Source: Octopus sinensis
Lineage: Eukaryota
Assembly (NCBI RefSeq): GCF_006345805.1
Contig: NC_043014.1
Span: 15,872,001 to 15,936,000 of the forward strand
Length of the DNA stretch: 64,000 nucleotides
Direction of reading: 5' to 3'
Of the stretch, positions 12,720 to 26,600 are shown one piece after another. Each line of letters begins with the position of its first letter. The stretch's first letter is position 1. Under the pieces are notes generated by a model. It made no database searches. It had not been told where the DNA came from and saw only the letters and a program-made list of their open reading frames with translations. Both the position numbers and the translations under genes were made by a program.

Positions 12720-15700
12720 CATACATATTTTACAAACAAGTAAATTTTTAATGCAGCAGCACTGTGAAAACAGCAGAAAGATTACATATTTTATACCCTT
12801 TTAAGACAGAAAAACTTGCTCGCAAGCTGTCTTATTACGGTAAAATACCCAGTCTTTCTGCTGTTTTCACAGTTTTACTGTATTCAAAATTTACTTTCTT
12901 GTCTGTAAAATACCAAACACACTTGATGCTTCCAAAGTTTGTTAATGTGTGTGTATTTTATTTGACTGGTAGACAGATAATTCTGTTTTCACCATTTTTG
13001 TACTAATGTCCTTCCATACATAGTTGTTTTTTTTTATATGGGTTAGGTTACCTAGTTTCTCTATTCCTAATTAGTTTTAAATAGACACTGGAAACAGCCC
13101 AGCTAGTAAAATATCATTCCCAGTCAGTATCAGCATCATTTTAATTTTCCCTTTTCCATGCTGACATTGGTTGGACAGAATTTTGTTGAGCTGGATTTTT
13201 CTATAGCTGGAAGCCCCATCCTCTTACCAACCCGCACCTGCTTCCAAGTAAGCTAATATTTCCCCATGACCATAAAAGATCAATGAAGGGCACCACTTTG
13301 CATGATGGTAACATTTGTTCACAACTATCACATGACATCAAGACAAATAGACAATAACACCACACATACACACATGCAACAGGCTTTGGTCGGCCTGGGG
13401 CTATAGCCCAAGGTACCACGCAGTCAGATTGAACCCAGAAGCATGTGGTTGGGAAGCAAGCTTCTTACCACACAGCCATACCTGTGCCAATGATGTGAAA
13501 ATGTATGAGACTGTAATGTTCACATACAACTATTATGCGTAATAATTCAATGAATGAGTTGAGAAATGAAGTGATTTATCAGCTGATATAATGGGTAGTA
13601 TGTCTCCTTCTCTCTCTCTCTCTCTCGCCCCACCCCCTTCAAACATGCACATCAAAGGTAATTGGCTGCTTTGATGCTTTCACTATGTATTTCACTAAAG
13701 CAGTACTTGACAGCTGCTTTAGTTAGTTGACTACCAAGCAGAAATGTACAGTCTATGTTTAACCATCCGTGTATAAATTGCATATGGCTACCAATATAAT
13801 TCTACATGTATTTTGTTATTTATTAAATGATATAGAGGTTCATCATCATTATTTTATGCCTGCTTTCCAAGCCAACATGGTTTGGGTTAGTTAGGCTTTT
13901 TTTAATTTTTGTTTTGGTCTGCAGCTAGATGTCTTTTCTAACTCCAACCATTTAACAGTGTACTGAGTGCATTTTATTGTACCACCAGCACAAGAGAGGT
14001 TGTCATGTCTTCAACAAGTCTGAAGAGTTCTCTCAACTCTACAATGTGTATTTTATTCAATTAATCTCTTTAACCAGTCCAAAGCATTTCCTTAAGTTTA
14101 TCCAAAATGTCCATGCTTATATTCAGACTTTTAGTTGGCCCTTGTTTTATATGTTCTGAGTTATATAAAGCTTCCTTTCATAAACTCTGAGTTACTCTGG
14201 CAGTTGGTTGAAATAAAAATTGTGAGCATCATATATGATGCATAGATACCAGTGAAGTATATCCTGTGTATCACATGTGATACACAGGATAGACAAAGGG
14301 GTAGTTATACTTTGCCACAGATAATTGTCTGCAAAACTGAATATTTATTATCTGTAGATTTTCTATAGGTGCCTGCTTGCTTGCTTATGATTTACAAATT
14401 TACAAGGCAAGAGTATAGTCACATACATTACCTTCAGTATATTACTACTACTTAGTTTATTTGACTCTAACCGTATTCAAATTCTGAACATATTGGGATA
14501 AAACTAACCATACTTATAGTGTATGATCTGTTTCTCTTCCATTTCCACCTTTATTTCCTTTCTGTGCTGCACTGCACATTATTCCATTCTTGGATGGCTC
14601 CAGAACCACTTCAGTTTTTTCTTCAAGAAAAGAGGTTGCTAGTTCCTCCTCACTTAATCATGACCCTTCTCATGACACAACTGATTCCAAGAGAGAACAA
14701 GAAGAAAAAAAAATCAATCCTAATATTTGACTCATACTTTACCTCTCAACCCAGGAAGAATAAAAGGCAAAGTTGACCTGATATTTGAACTCAAAATGCA
14801 GGGAGCTAGAACAAAAACCACAAAGTATTCTACTTAGTACTCTAACAACTCTGCCAATATGCTTCCTTACCATTCATACCACCACTTTTTTTGTAATGGT
14901 GAACTTTATAACCTGTTGTTGCAACTGTGATAAATATTGCATCAGCATTTTTTTTCTTTCTTTCCTCATTTTACATCAGTTTTATCTTCAATCTTCACTG
15001 CTTGCTAACCACCCACTCATTTATTTATTTATTTTTACTTCATTTTGATCTTAAATAATAATTTAGTCACAGATCTTTATTGGTGTTCTTATTATTCTAA
15101 CCCAGTGTAAGGTAGCATGCTAGTAAATTTGTTAACATGCCAATTGAAATGCTTGGCATTTCTTTCGACTTTACATTCTGAGTTCAAATTCCACCAAGGT
15201 TGACTTTGCCGTTTATCTTTTCTGGGTCAGTAAACACTTAGGTTGATGTAATTGACTAGCCCTAAGACCAAAATTTCAGGCCTTGTATTTCAGCCAAGTG
15301 TTTCTCAACCGTTTTTGTTCTATGCCTCACTTCGGTTTTCCAAAATAATGTGTGCCCCACCATGATATATGTATATATAATATCCTCTACTTGTTTCAGA
15401 CATTGGATTGCAGATATGTTATAGTATCACTTTGTAGTGTTTAGTTGAACAAATCAACCCCAGTATTTATATTTTTCAATCTGATACTTATTCTTTCAGC
15501 TTCTTTTTGTCAAATCTCTAAGTTATGAGAATGCAAACAAACCACTACCAGTCGTCAAGTGGTGGTGAACAAATGCACACATGAGCTCCCATGCAGTTTC
15601 CATTTACTAAATTCACTTACAAGACTATAGTAGAAGACACTTGCCTAATATGCTGTGCTGTGGGATTGAACTCAAAGCTATATGCTTGTAAAGTGAGCTT

Positions 15701-17620
15701 CTTAGCCAGAGCCATACCTACACTTGTATTCAAAAGATGCTTTAATTAAAGCTTTATTGCAAGTTTTATTTACTTGTTATTTACTTTCCATTCTGAAGTC
15801 TGTGGTTTCAGTTCTTTTTTTGTAGAACCATTTCACTTCATTACTTAAGTAAGCTAAAGCAGGAACCACCACATGGTTGCTTCTCTTCCATTTTAACATG
15901 ATGCAATTTGTCTTATTAAAAATAGAAGCAACCACTCTCATTCTATGATTATGAAGGACATCCGTCTGTGAAGATAATTCATTGGTTTCACATTTTGGTG
16001 CAAAGCCAGCAAGTTAAGGGGGGGTGTAAGTTGATCCTATCAACCCCAGTGTTCAATAGGTACTTATTTTATCGACCCTGAAAGGATAAAAGGCAAAGTC
16101 AGCCTCAGCAGAATTTGATCTCAGAACGTAAAGTCAGGTGAAATGCCACTAAGCATTTTGCCCAACATGCTAACAATTCTGCCACTCGCCACCTTATCTG
16201 TGAAGATAATTTATTTAAAAAATTAATGTACAAATATCAAAATTAGCAGAACTATTCCACATATATTATTATGGAAAAACAAATGTAAATTTACTTAAAT
16301 ATTCTCTTCCAGTGACCCATGATTCAATTTTTAATCTTTATGGCTCTGTTATTTTCCAGCTCATAACACATATAATAAAGGGGCTCCTTTATGGTCATTC
16401 TGCCTGCTAGTAATAACAGCCAAAACTCCCCAACAACCTAAAAGATACATTGGAGAGTATCATTCCTAATGTACAAAAGCAAAAAAAAAACTGGAAAACT
16501 TTTGACCATAGACCTGCTCAATCAGAGCTTAGGTTGAGCTGTACAAGTACTTGAATTTGTTTCTTATTGCTGCACTAGACTGCATGTCTCTCAAACTTTG
16601 TCATTAACTGCTACAAGAGCAAAGGAGATGCACTAGAGTTAGAAACTACATGAGTGTCAAGTTTATGGACCAGGTTGTGAGAATTAGTGAAAGAGTTACA
16701 GCAAAACTGATTAAAAATAAAAGTATCCTTGATGAGATGCAGTATGGGTTTATTCCAGGAATATCCTCTTAATGAAAAAACTGCAGGAAAAGTACTTAAC
16801 TAAGAGTAAATTACTGTAACTCATATTTGTCAACATAGAAAAGGTCTTTGACAAAGTGTCACACACTAATCTGGTGGTCACTAAAGAAACTAACCATCAA
16901 TGGTTGTGCAAACCATATACAGTGGTGTACTTAGCAATGTGTACAGCACAACCATGAATTTAGTATGTAGGTAGTGGTCCCTTGAAGCTCAATTTTTTTA
17001 GCCTCTTTAGTTTATCACTGTCCTCCAGACCATTACAGAAGAGTTTAAGACTGGTCAACTGTGGGAACTTGTATATGCTGGCAACTTAGTTCTTATAACT
17101 GAATCGAAGGTTTAGAGAAGACATTTTAGATATGGAAACAAAACCTAGGATTGGCAGACCCTCTCTTTTATGCTCATTTACAACTTCCTTGGTAAATTTT
17201 CTGTAGTAAACCATGGAGGGTTTACTATGAGACTTGTTGCAGGCAGATGATTTGATGTTAATAGCAGAGAGCATGGATTGATTGAAGGGGGAGATGAATA
17301 GGCAGAAGGTCTGTATGGCAGTAAAACGTATGAATGTGAATGTTAGAAAAGCGAAGGTGATGGCAAATGATAAAGCAGGTGGTTGAGGTGGCAGAACAGG
17401 GAATGTGTGCAGGCAGGTTCTTCAGAGCTGTTGTAGTATGAGGGGATTATTAATGAATAGGTGCAGGAGTGGCTGTGTGGTAAGTAGCTTGCTTACAAAC
17501 CACATGATTCCGGGTTCAGTCCCACTGTGGCACCTTGGGCAAGTGTCTTCTACTATAGCCTCAGGCCAACCAAAGCCTTGTGAGTGGATTTGGTAGGCAG
17601 AAACTGAAAGAAGCCCGTCG

Positions 17621-17651
<31 letters not shown>

Positions 17652-20600
17652 GGACGTAAACACACCAGCATTGGTTGTCAAACGATGTTGGGGGACAAAC
17701 ACTGACACATAAACATACATATATATATCATCATCATCATCATCACGGACGTTAAACGATGATGATGATGATGATGATGATATATATATGTATGTTTATG
17801 TGTCAGTGTTTGTCCCCCAACATCGTTTGACAACCAATGCTGGTGTGTTTACGTCCCCGTAACTTAGCGGTTCGGCAAAAGAGACCAATAGAATAAGTAC
17901 TAGGCTTACAAAGAATAAGTCCTGGGGTCAATTTCTTCAACTAAAGACGATACTCCAGCATGGCCGCAGTCAAATGACTGAAACAAGTAAAAGAGAATGT
18001 GGTAGTTACACTTAAGTATGACATGTCTAAGGTTAGAACCGTAGATGGGAGGGAGGGAATGTGAGTTAGCTCTTGAAAGAACATGAAGATAGAAGGTGTG
18101 AAGACATTTTGTTACCTAGGTGATAATTTGAATGAAGAATGTAAATTGAACTTAGTAAAAGTAGCTAGAGTAGATGTGCATGAAAGAAGTTCTAGGAACT
18201 GAGAGGTATGATAATGGGAAAGGAAATGTCACTGAAACTGATGAGAAAGTTATATGCTGTATGTATAAGAAGCGTCAAGACTGATAGGAGTAAAGACATC
18301 AGTGATGAATATGGAGCAACAGAGGAGAGAAATGAGAATGGTTTAGTGAATGAGTGTTGTTGAGAGGGAGGAGTTTAAGCAATGAATTGCTGAGAGTGAT
18401 GGAAATAGAGTCACTGATGGATAGAATGAGAAGACTAGGTCGTATACTGAGGAAGGTTAAAGGTGACAGAAATGAATGTGGGAGGATGTAGAGAAAGGGG
18501 GAGCAAGACAGATGTGGTTAAAAATAATAGAAGGAGGCTGTCCAAGGGATGTAGAAGTTAGGGCAAAATGACATGTCTAACCTCTGCTTTGGCAGGGAAA
18601 ATAGCCTTGAAACGTTTGTTTCCAAGGGCATCCTGGCATTAGGAAGGGCATCCAGCTGTAGAAACATTGCCAGATCAGACTGGGCCTGGTGCAGCCTTCT
18701 GGCTTCCCAGACCCCAGTTGCACCGTCCAACCCATGCCAGCATGGAAAGCGGACACTAAACGATGATGATGATGAACCCTTTAGCATTCAGATTACTCTG
18801 TCAACTGTAATACATATTCATTCACATTGATTTGAATTAATCCTGCATTATCTTTGTAGTTTTGAGATTTCAATGGTGTGCTTGCTTATATTTTGAATGA
18901 CATTGTTAGGTATAGATGAGAGGCCAGATTTGGCCAGTTTTAACATAAAACAGGTAGAAAATTTGGGGCCAGATATGGCTTGTATGCTAAAAGGTTAAAG
19001 GTAAAAAGAATAAAGGATTGAGCTTTTAAGTTTTCTTTTTTTGCATTCTGTGTCAGATTAGACCAAAGATAAAAAAAATTATTTCATGCATTTGTTAAGA
19101 GTGAAGAGTGAGAATAACAAGAACTGTTTAGTTTGTGCATGCAGAATGACTTTGCCTTTAACCATGTTGGATTATTAAAATTAAGTTTGTTATATCCTGA
19201 TTTCAGTTTATTGACTGGGTAACCCTTTCTTACAATTTTTTGATCTTATTTCAACACCAGAAAGGAATATCATATTATATGAAGATGGGGAAAAAATGTT
19301 TGTCTTTTTTTTTCTTTTTCTGTAGGAGGTTGCCAGAATGGATTAGCAATGGCAGAAGATGCTGATCCTGTTGAAGGGGAAGAGGAAGAAGCCACTGTAG
19401 AAACAGATGATGGAGCAAGCGAAGAAGCAGGGACAGTTGAAACAGAATCTGCTGTATCAGATAAAGTGAGTCATCCCTCTTGAGGTATAGTGGCTGATGA
19501 TTGTCTTTTTCCATTCACTCCATAAATAGTAAAGTATCAAGTTAAGTCACACAAAAGTTATTAAAGTGTCAAGAAAGCAGTGGATTGGCAGAACCAATTG
19601 AGGAACAACCAAAATATGTCTTGCAGTCTTTACTTACATGCTTTTAACATTTTGTGTTAAAATCCTGCTGATATAAACCTTGCTATTCATCCTTCCAGGC
19701 TTAAGAAAGAAATAAAATACCAGTCAAGTACTGGGGGCCTCTTATAGTTGACTATACCATGCCTTCACCCAGATGTGTGGACTTGTACCAATGCTAGAAG
19801 TCTGATAAAAGATCAGTGTGATCTGGTGATAACTCCATTTCATTCATTAATTTTACTATGATTGTTGCATGCATGCGTATGTATTATGTGCTATTCACAT
19901 AGTAAAAGTAAAATGCTTAAGTTGATGTGTTAATGATGACCAGCACTTAATACCTGGTATAGGTGTCTTGTCAGTGTCCTATTTAACTGTGGCCTATAGA
20001 AACCAGGTTATCTTGTGGCTAATATCAAATGCAATCAACCGACATCTTATTGATGAGGAGATTGATCTCATCTGCTTCAGAAACTATCTTTGAGATCTTT
20101 TCGTTTGCAGAGATTTTTTATCATGCTATCTGTATTCCTGTAACTGGGTTTATTAATAAGGAAATATGAAGGTTAACAACTTTTAAAAATTGGAATCCAC
20201 AGTTAATGAATTTATCAAAGTATCCATTGAAAAGCAATGAGGTTTTGCTTTATAGTTTTGAAATAGGAATTGAAGAAATAGTTTAATAAATGGACAACTT
20301 ATTCAATTTAAATCTTATTGGTGAGATTCAATTTTGTCACTTTTGATCATTTTTAAGAGTTTCTGCAACTAAAACTTTTGTCTTCTACTTATAAACTATC
20401 ATGTTTAAATTTATTTGTTTTTACTTCAGGGAGAAGAAGAAGATGATGATGATGAAAAACCATTGAGTGCATCACCTTTTGCTGATACTTACATTCTTTT
20501 CATCAAGCCAGTGACATCTACAGGTGAGGATATCTTCAGAGTAATTATTTGAAAATATTCTGCCTTCATGTCAGAAGTTTAGAATCTGATTACTGAGCAT

Positions 20601-23600
20601 ATTTAATTATCAATATTAATTAATTTTAGACTTAACCATAAATTATTAATCAATAGATAATCAATACAAAACTTTAGCTATCAAACTGAGCTTACATATT
20701 CTGTCACAATTCATAACTCAAGTATATTATATAGTTATAATATTAGTATAATTTCTATATAATGCTTTTGTGGCTTCATAGATAGGCTTTAAATGTTTAT
20801 ATAATTGTTGTGAATATTTGGACTGTAGCTACTAGTTATAAAGTTAAATTTTATAACTATGGACACCTTCTTTACATTTGACGGATATTTGTCAAATGTA
20901 AATAACGTACATAATTCCTCATCTCTTAAATATAGAACTGTGTAATACCTTATAATGATTAAGAACTTTCTTGTGCTTAAAAGAGTAGTTAATAATACTG
21001 ACCTAGTTTTAGGCTCCAGTTAAAATATTTTACTTTTCTCTTGAAGTATTTCTTAGTCTTACCCAGAAACACTAAATACTATAACAGTCCATATATTTTA
21101 GCAGACTGGAGAGCCATGGTAATTAGTAGTCAGATGTTGGCTAATATAACTACCCTACTCTCTCTCTCTCTCAGCCACAGAATTTCTGAAAGTAGTGTTA
21201 GTTTGTTATGGCCCAACATTTCAAGTGGTAGCACTTTATTTAGTCATTTCATCTATTTCATATATAGAACTGCCAGCTGGAAAGCCTGTTCGGATATTAG
21301 TTGGTTTCACGAATATTGGCAAGAATGACTTTACTGTTGACACTATGGAAGCTTCTCTTAGATATCCTCAAGACTTCTCATTTTATATCCAGAATGTAAG
21401 TGTCACAATTTCCTGAACTATAATTTATTTGTGTGTGTGGTTATGAGTTTGAATTTTTTTTAAAACCCAATGTCAGATGTCTGTGAGATGTTATATATCT
21501 ATGTTGGTGATTATATCTGTGAATGATCACACAGGGCTGTGGAGTCAGTGCACAAAACCTTTGACTCTAATTCTTTGATTTATAATTAACCACTGACCCC
21601 ACCAACTATGCCTTCTCCCTTTTTTTTTAATCAGACTAACCATATTTCTTACAAACACAAATTTGGCTAGTGTGAATCATTAAGGTACTTTTTTATCACC
21701 CTAACTTGTTTAAGTTTGGGGTTTAGAGGCATGATGTTGCTTTTTTTAAACATAATTTGATAAGTTAAACTAATTAGAACAAAACATACAAAATTAAAAG
21801 AAGCAGTTTTAAGTAATGGATAAAATAAACTATTAAATTCTATGAAAAATACTTTGTGTACTATTTCTAAAATCTAGTGTGCCAAAGTTAAAACTAAAGG
21901 AGCTGAACACTTAAAGCAATTTAAGCAATAACCATTTTGAAAGAAATAAACTAAATTAGATTCATAACCCTTTATTTCTGAGAATAAAGCATTCTTTGAT
22001 TATAAAATTATAATCATGAAATAAAAATTATGTTGTAAAATATTGGAAAGTTTATCCTTACAGAATTTATTATAGAAACATCACCATTTTTATTTTCCAA
22101 CTCATTTCCAAGTGAGGTTGTAATCTCCCAGTCTATTAAACAAATAAATGTCTGGGCAGGTTTTAAGTGTGGAACTGGAACACCATTTAAAGAGCCTTTG
22201 TTTACAAAGGTGGTGAACTGGCAGAAACGTTAACACGCTGGGCGAAATGCTTAGCGGTATTTTGTCTGCCGCTACATTCTCAGTTCAAATTCCACCGAGG
22301 TCGACTTTGCCGTTCATCTTTTCGGGGGTCGATTAAATAAGTACCAGTTACACACTGGGGTCGATATAATCGATTTGATCCATTTGTTTGTTCTTGTTTG
22401 TCCCCTCTGTGTGAAGCCCCTTGTGAGTAGTAAAGAAATAAGATTGTGTAACATGACATGTAGCCTGGAAACTCTTTCAAAGTGGACTACATACAAGCTA
22501 ATGGTGCCAACAGGAAGCCATTGTTTACAAACCAGTGAACATAACGGAAACACACACACACACACACATACATGAAAGGCTTCTTTAGTTTCTGTCTACC
22601 AAATCTACTTACAAGGCTATAGTAGAAGACACTTACCCAAGGTGCCACTCAGTGGGACTGAAACTGAAGCCATATGGTTGGGAAGCAAATATCTGAACCA
22701 CACAAGAATACCTGTGCCTACATTACATCAAAGCAACAGCTAAACCAAAATCCAAAATCAACTGATATTATATTCTTAGAAACAGTATTTCTTCTATCAG
22801 ATCCTTTTAAATAGAAGTTCTCCCATCTAATTTGATTATTTTCAGTGCAGAAATATCAAATTACTATTTGTCAAACTGGAAATTTTGAGACATTATATTA
22901 CAATTAACATTTAACTAGAGTTCATACAGTTTTACTAACTCCTACCCCAGCAATCCAATAATTGCTTCTGAATCTGATTCCACAGCTTTGTGATCACACA
23001 GAATATTTGATTGAATAGTCAGTCTATATTTTAACTTAGATATTCATTTCTTTAATCTCAGACAAGCTTCTGTATAACCAGTTTCTTGTTCAAAGAAATT
23101 CTCATCATCTGCACTATTAATGTTTGCTTGTTGATAGATTGACAACATTTTCTGTTGTAAATTAGATCCAGATGCTGGTTTTGCTTCATGCTTTGACCTC
23201 TGACTTCTTGGAATAGTTTTGTGGTTAAATTATCAAGTAGAAATATATTTTTTTAAGAAAACCTTATAACAGGTTGAATTGTTTACTGTATTTATTAAAA
23301 TTCTATTCTAGGAGAGCAAGATGTTCCAAGGTAGGTAATGTTTTTCTGTCTGTGACTGGTTTCATTATTAATAGTTAAGCTTGCTGTATGCTTCTTTGTG
23401 TTTGCTACTGCAGCTTTGCTGTAAATTATTGAGACCTAAACCATTAGTTTCCATGAAGTCAGCAGCATCACTATTATACTTGTTACTAAAACTGACGAAT
23501 GTTGTGTAGAGTGGCATTATTATTGTCAGTTGTGTAAATATCACACAAGAATATTTTACATTAAGTAAGTAAAACATTATTTATCTATTAAACATTAATT

Positions 23601-26600
23601 TCTTTCAGTTCACCACAGTTCGTTATAACCAAGCTATAGAGCCCAAAAGACAGGCCAGCTTTGAATATGAATTTATCCCAAATGAAGCTTTACATGCTCG
23701 ACCCTTTGGACTTGTTGTGAATATAAATTACCAGGATGCAGTGAGTTTAAATTTGATAAATAATCTATTCTCAGTACTGTAAAATTGTGGTAAATAGGGG
23801 TACAGGAATGTCTTTATCTCCAATTCATTATCATTCATAATGAGTAAATTATTTTCATACTCTTCTTTTTCATTTTTATTAGCTTTTAATCCAGAAAAAA
23901 ACCTGTTACTATTATCACTATCATATCACTAGTTACATTGTCACTATCATATCTACCATTATCATTATCATTCAATGTATTCGTGTTTTGTAGTCAGAAA
24001 GACAACTCTATCCAGTTGTCTTTCCTTACCATAACCTACTGAGGTTAATTAATATTATTGTTATTGGTTTCTTAAAGCAAATTAAATGGTTTAAAACTTT
24101 AAATTCAACAATAGCAATAATTATTATTATTATTATTACTATTATTATAATCCTTTCTACTACAGGCACAAAGCCTGTAATTTGGAGATGGAGCTAGTCA
24201 ATTACCTTGATCCCAGTGTTCAACTGGGACTTACTTTATTAACCCTAAAAGAATAAAAGGCAAAGTCAACCTCAGCAGAATTTGTAGGGGAAGAAGCCAG
24301 TCAATTACATAGACCCCACTGCTCAACTGCTGTTTATTTTATCAACCCCAAAAGAATGAAAAGCAAAGCCAACTTTGGTAGCATCTGAATGATAATGATG
24401 ACAATAATAATGTTAATGTTGAATTTGTTGTTATCATTGATTATTTCTTTAATCCTTCAACATTTATACTGGCTATATCCAACTCAAATATTCTACCTGT
24501 TTTATGGTTCAACTTGTCCAGATCCAACTTCTCACACATACCTTAAGGTGTTGTTCTAAAAAATAATCAAATCTTCAAAATGTCAAAGCTACAAGATAAT
24601 GCATGATTAATTCAAAACTATGTCACCTTTTTTTTTAAGGTGGTAGGAGAGGCTTTGGGGAAAATTTGACTGCTTTTTCTAGCAAGACTTGACTGCCAAA
24701 ATATTAATTAACTGGCTCAAATGATTTCAGTTTGCTACCCATGCCAGCATGGTAGGTGGATATTAAACAATGATGGTGATGATGTGTTACCAGAATTTTA
24801 ATAACATTGTATGCATCTGCTACTTGCTTATCCAAAAGTCATAAACAACATTCTGTTGGTATTTCTCCAGTTAGTAAATTTCCTGTCAAATGCTTTTTAA
24901 CATTACATAAATCACAACATTGCACATTTAGCTATATTTCACTATACAAACACACACACACATTCACTAACCCAAACTCTGAGATCTCACATTCCCCCCT
25001 TGTTCATTTTCTCCCCATCCACATTTCTGCCTTTACCCCTATCTTTTGTTTTCTCTTCTCTCTCCCTACCTACTCTCTATATGACCCAATGTGTATCTCC
25101 ACTTCCAGTCCTACTCCCTTTTCACATTTAGCCTGCAATATAAACAGGTATCATAAATTCAGTATCATTTGTTTCTTTTTCTCTTTCCTTTCTGATTTCA
25201 CTTCCTTGTCTTTGATAAAAAGTATAACCCAAGCTGTTAAATCCTCTTCTAGTTCTTTTAATGGGCATATTTGTTTCCATTGTACAGTTTTCAATTGTTT
25301 CGTTTCATATTTCTTTACTTTTTCTACCATGAATTCACTCATTATTTACTTGTTTGTCTCGCCTGTACCTCATAATATCATTTTGTTTGTGTTATATACC
25401 TATCTATCTATGTAGGTATTTAACGAGCTTTAATTCAAACTAAAATGCAAGGATACCTGAGCTTATCTGAAATGCATTTTATGTTCCTTGTTTAACAAAT
25501 ACTTTACAATATACCTAGGCATAAATTGCATCTATTATATCTAATACAAATATCAGTTATGCCAACAGATAATAGAGCTTGGTGCAGTCTTCTGACTTGC
25601 CAGTTCCTGTCAATCTCTCCTATCCATGTCAGCATGGCAGATAGATGTTAAACAATGATGATGATGATGACAACCTTTTGATTTTCAGATAGTAAAATGT
25701 ATTTACAGTGGAATATATGATCACTTGATTAACAAGACATATCTCAGAATATTTGTTGGTCTAACACTGTTTTCCTTCTAGCATTTAGTAGTGAGTAAAT
25801 TAGAAACAAAAATGTTTTTTAAATAGAAATTGGAAATAACATTTAATGGTCAGCATGAGCAAAGATGATCATCATCATTTAACGTCCGTTTTCCATGCTG
25901 ACGTGGGTTGGATGGTTTGACTGAAAACTGGTAAGCTGGGGGAGCTGCACCATGTTCCAATCTGATTTGGTATAGTTTCTACAGCTGGATGCCCTTCCTA
26001 ATGCCAACCACTCCAAGAGTGTATACATGCCATTGGCACAGGTACCAGTTACAAAACACTGGCATTGGCCTCAACTGCAATCTCACTTGGTTTAATAGTA
26101 TATTGCCAAAGGTCTCAGTCGTTTGTCATTGCCTCTGTGAGGACCAAAGTTCGAAGGTTGCTTTTTACATGCCACTGGCATGGATGCAAATTCTTTTCCT
26201 GTGACAAAAATGTCACTTGTACTAATATAGTTGAAATAATTACTCCATTATTTTAGGCAACTAGCCTTTTCAGCACACATTAGTTAGTTTTGTACACCAG
26301 TGGTAAACTATATATGTGCAGCGTTGCACAAGCACACAGCTTAGAGAAAATAAGGATCTAACAGACTAGAATTGATTTCTTTTCAGGAAGGTAACTTTTA
26401 CCAGACTGCTGTATTCAATGAGACTGTCAATATTGTTGAAACTGATGAGGGCCTCGATGGGGAGACGTAAGTAATATGTATTTCTATTCACACACACACA
26501 CTAGTATTATTTCAGATCTGTCAGGAATATACAGGTACCTGCTTTTTTCAAGAAAGGAAGCAGAAACTCTGTCTAATTAGGTCCATATTCTTACAACAGT

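Noticed and set aside
23312-23330. 19-nt micro-exon candidate (TTCTAG|...AAG|GTAGGT) in SSR1 intron 4
   Set aside because: It is frameshifting with a weak pyrimidine tract, and such motifs are expected by chance. It would need junction reads.
24807-25415. 202-aa ORF, the longest in the track
   Set aside because: It is a low-complexity antisense reading of a decayed LINE fragment plus a (CA)n run, with no recognisable domain.
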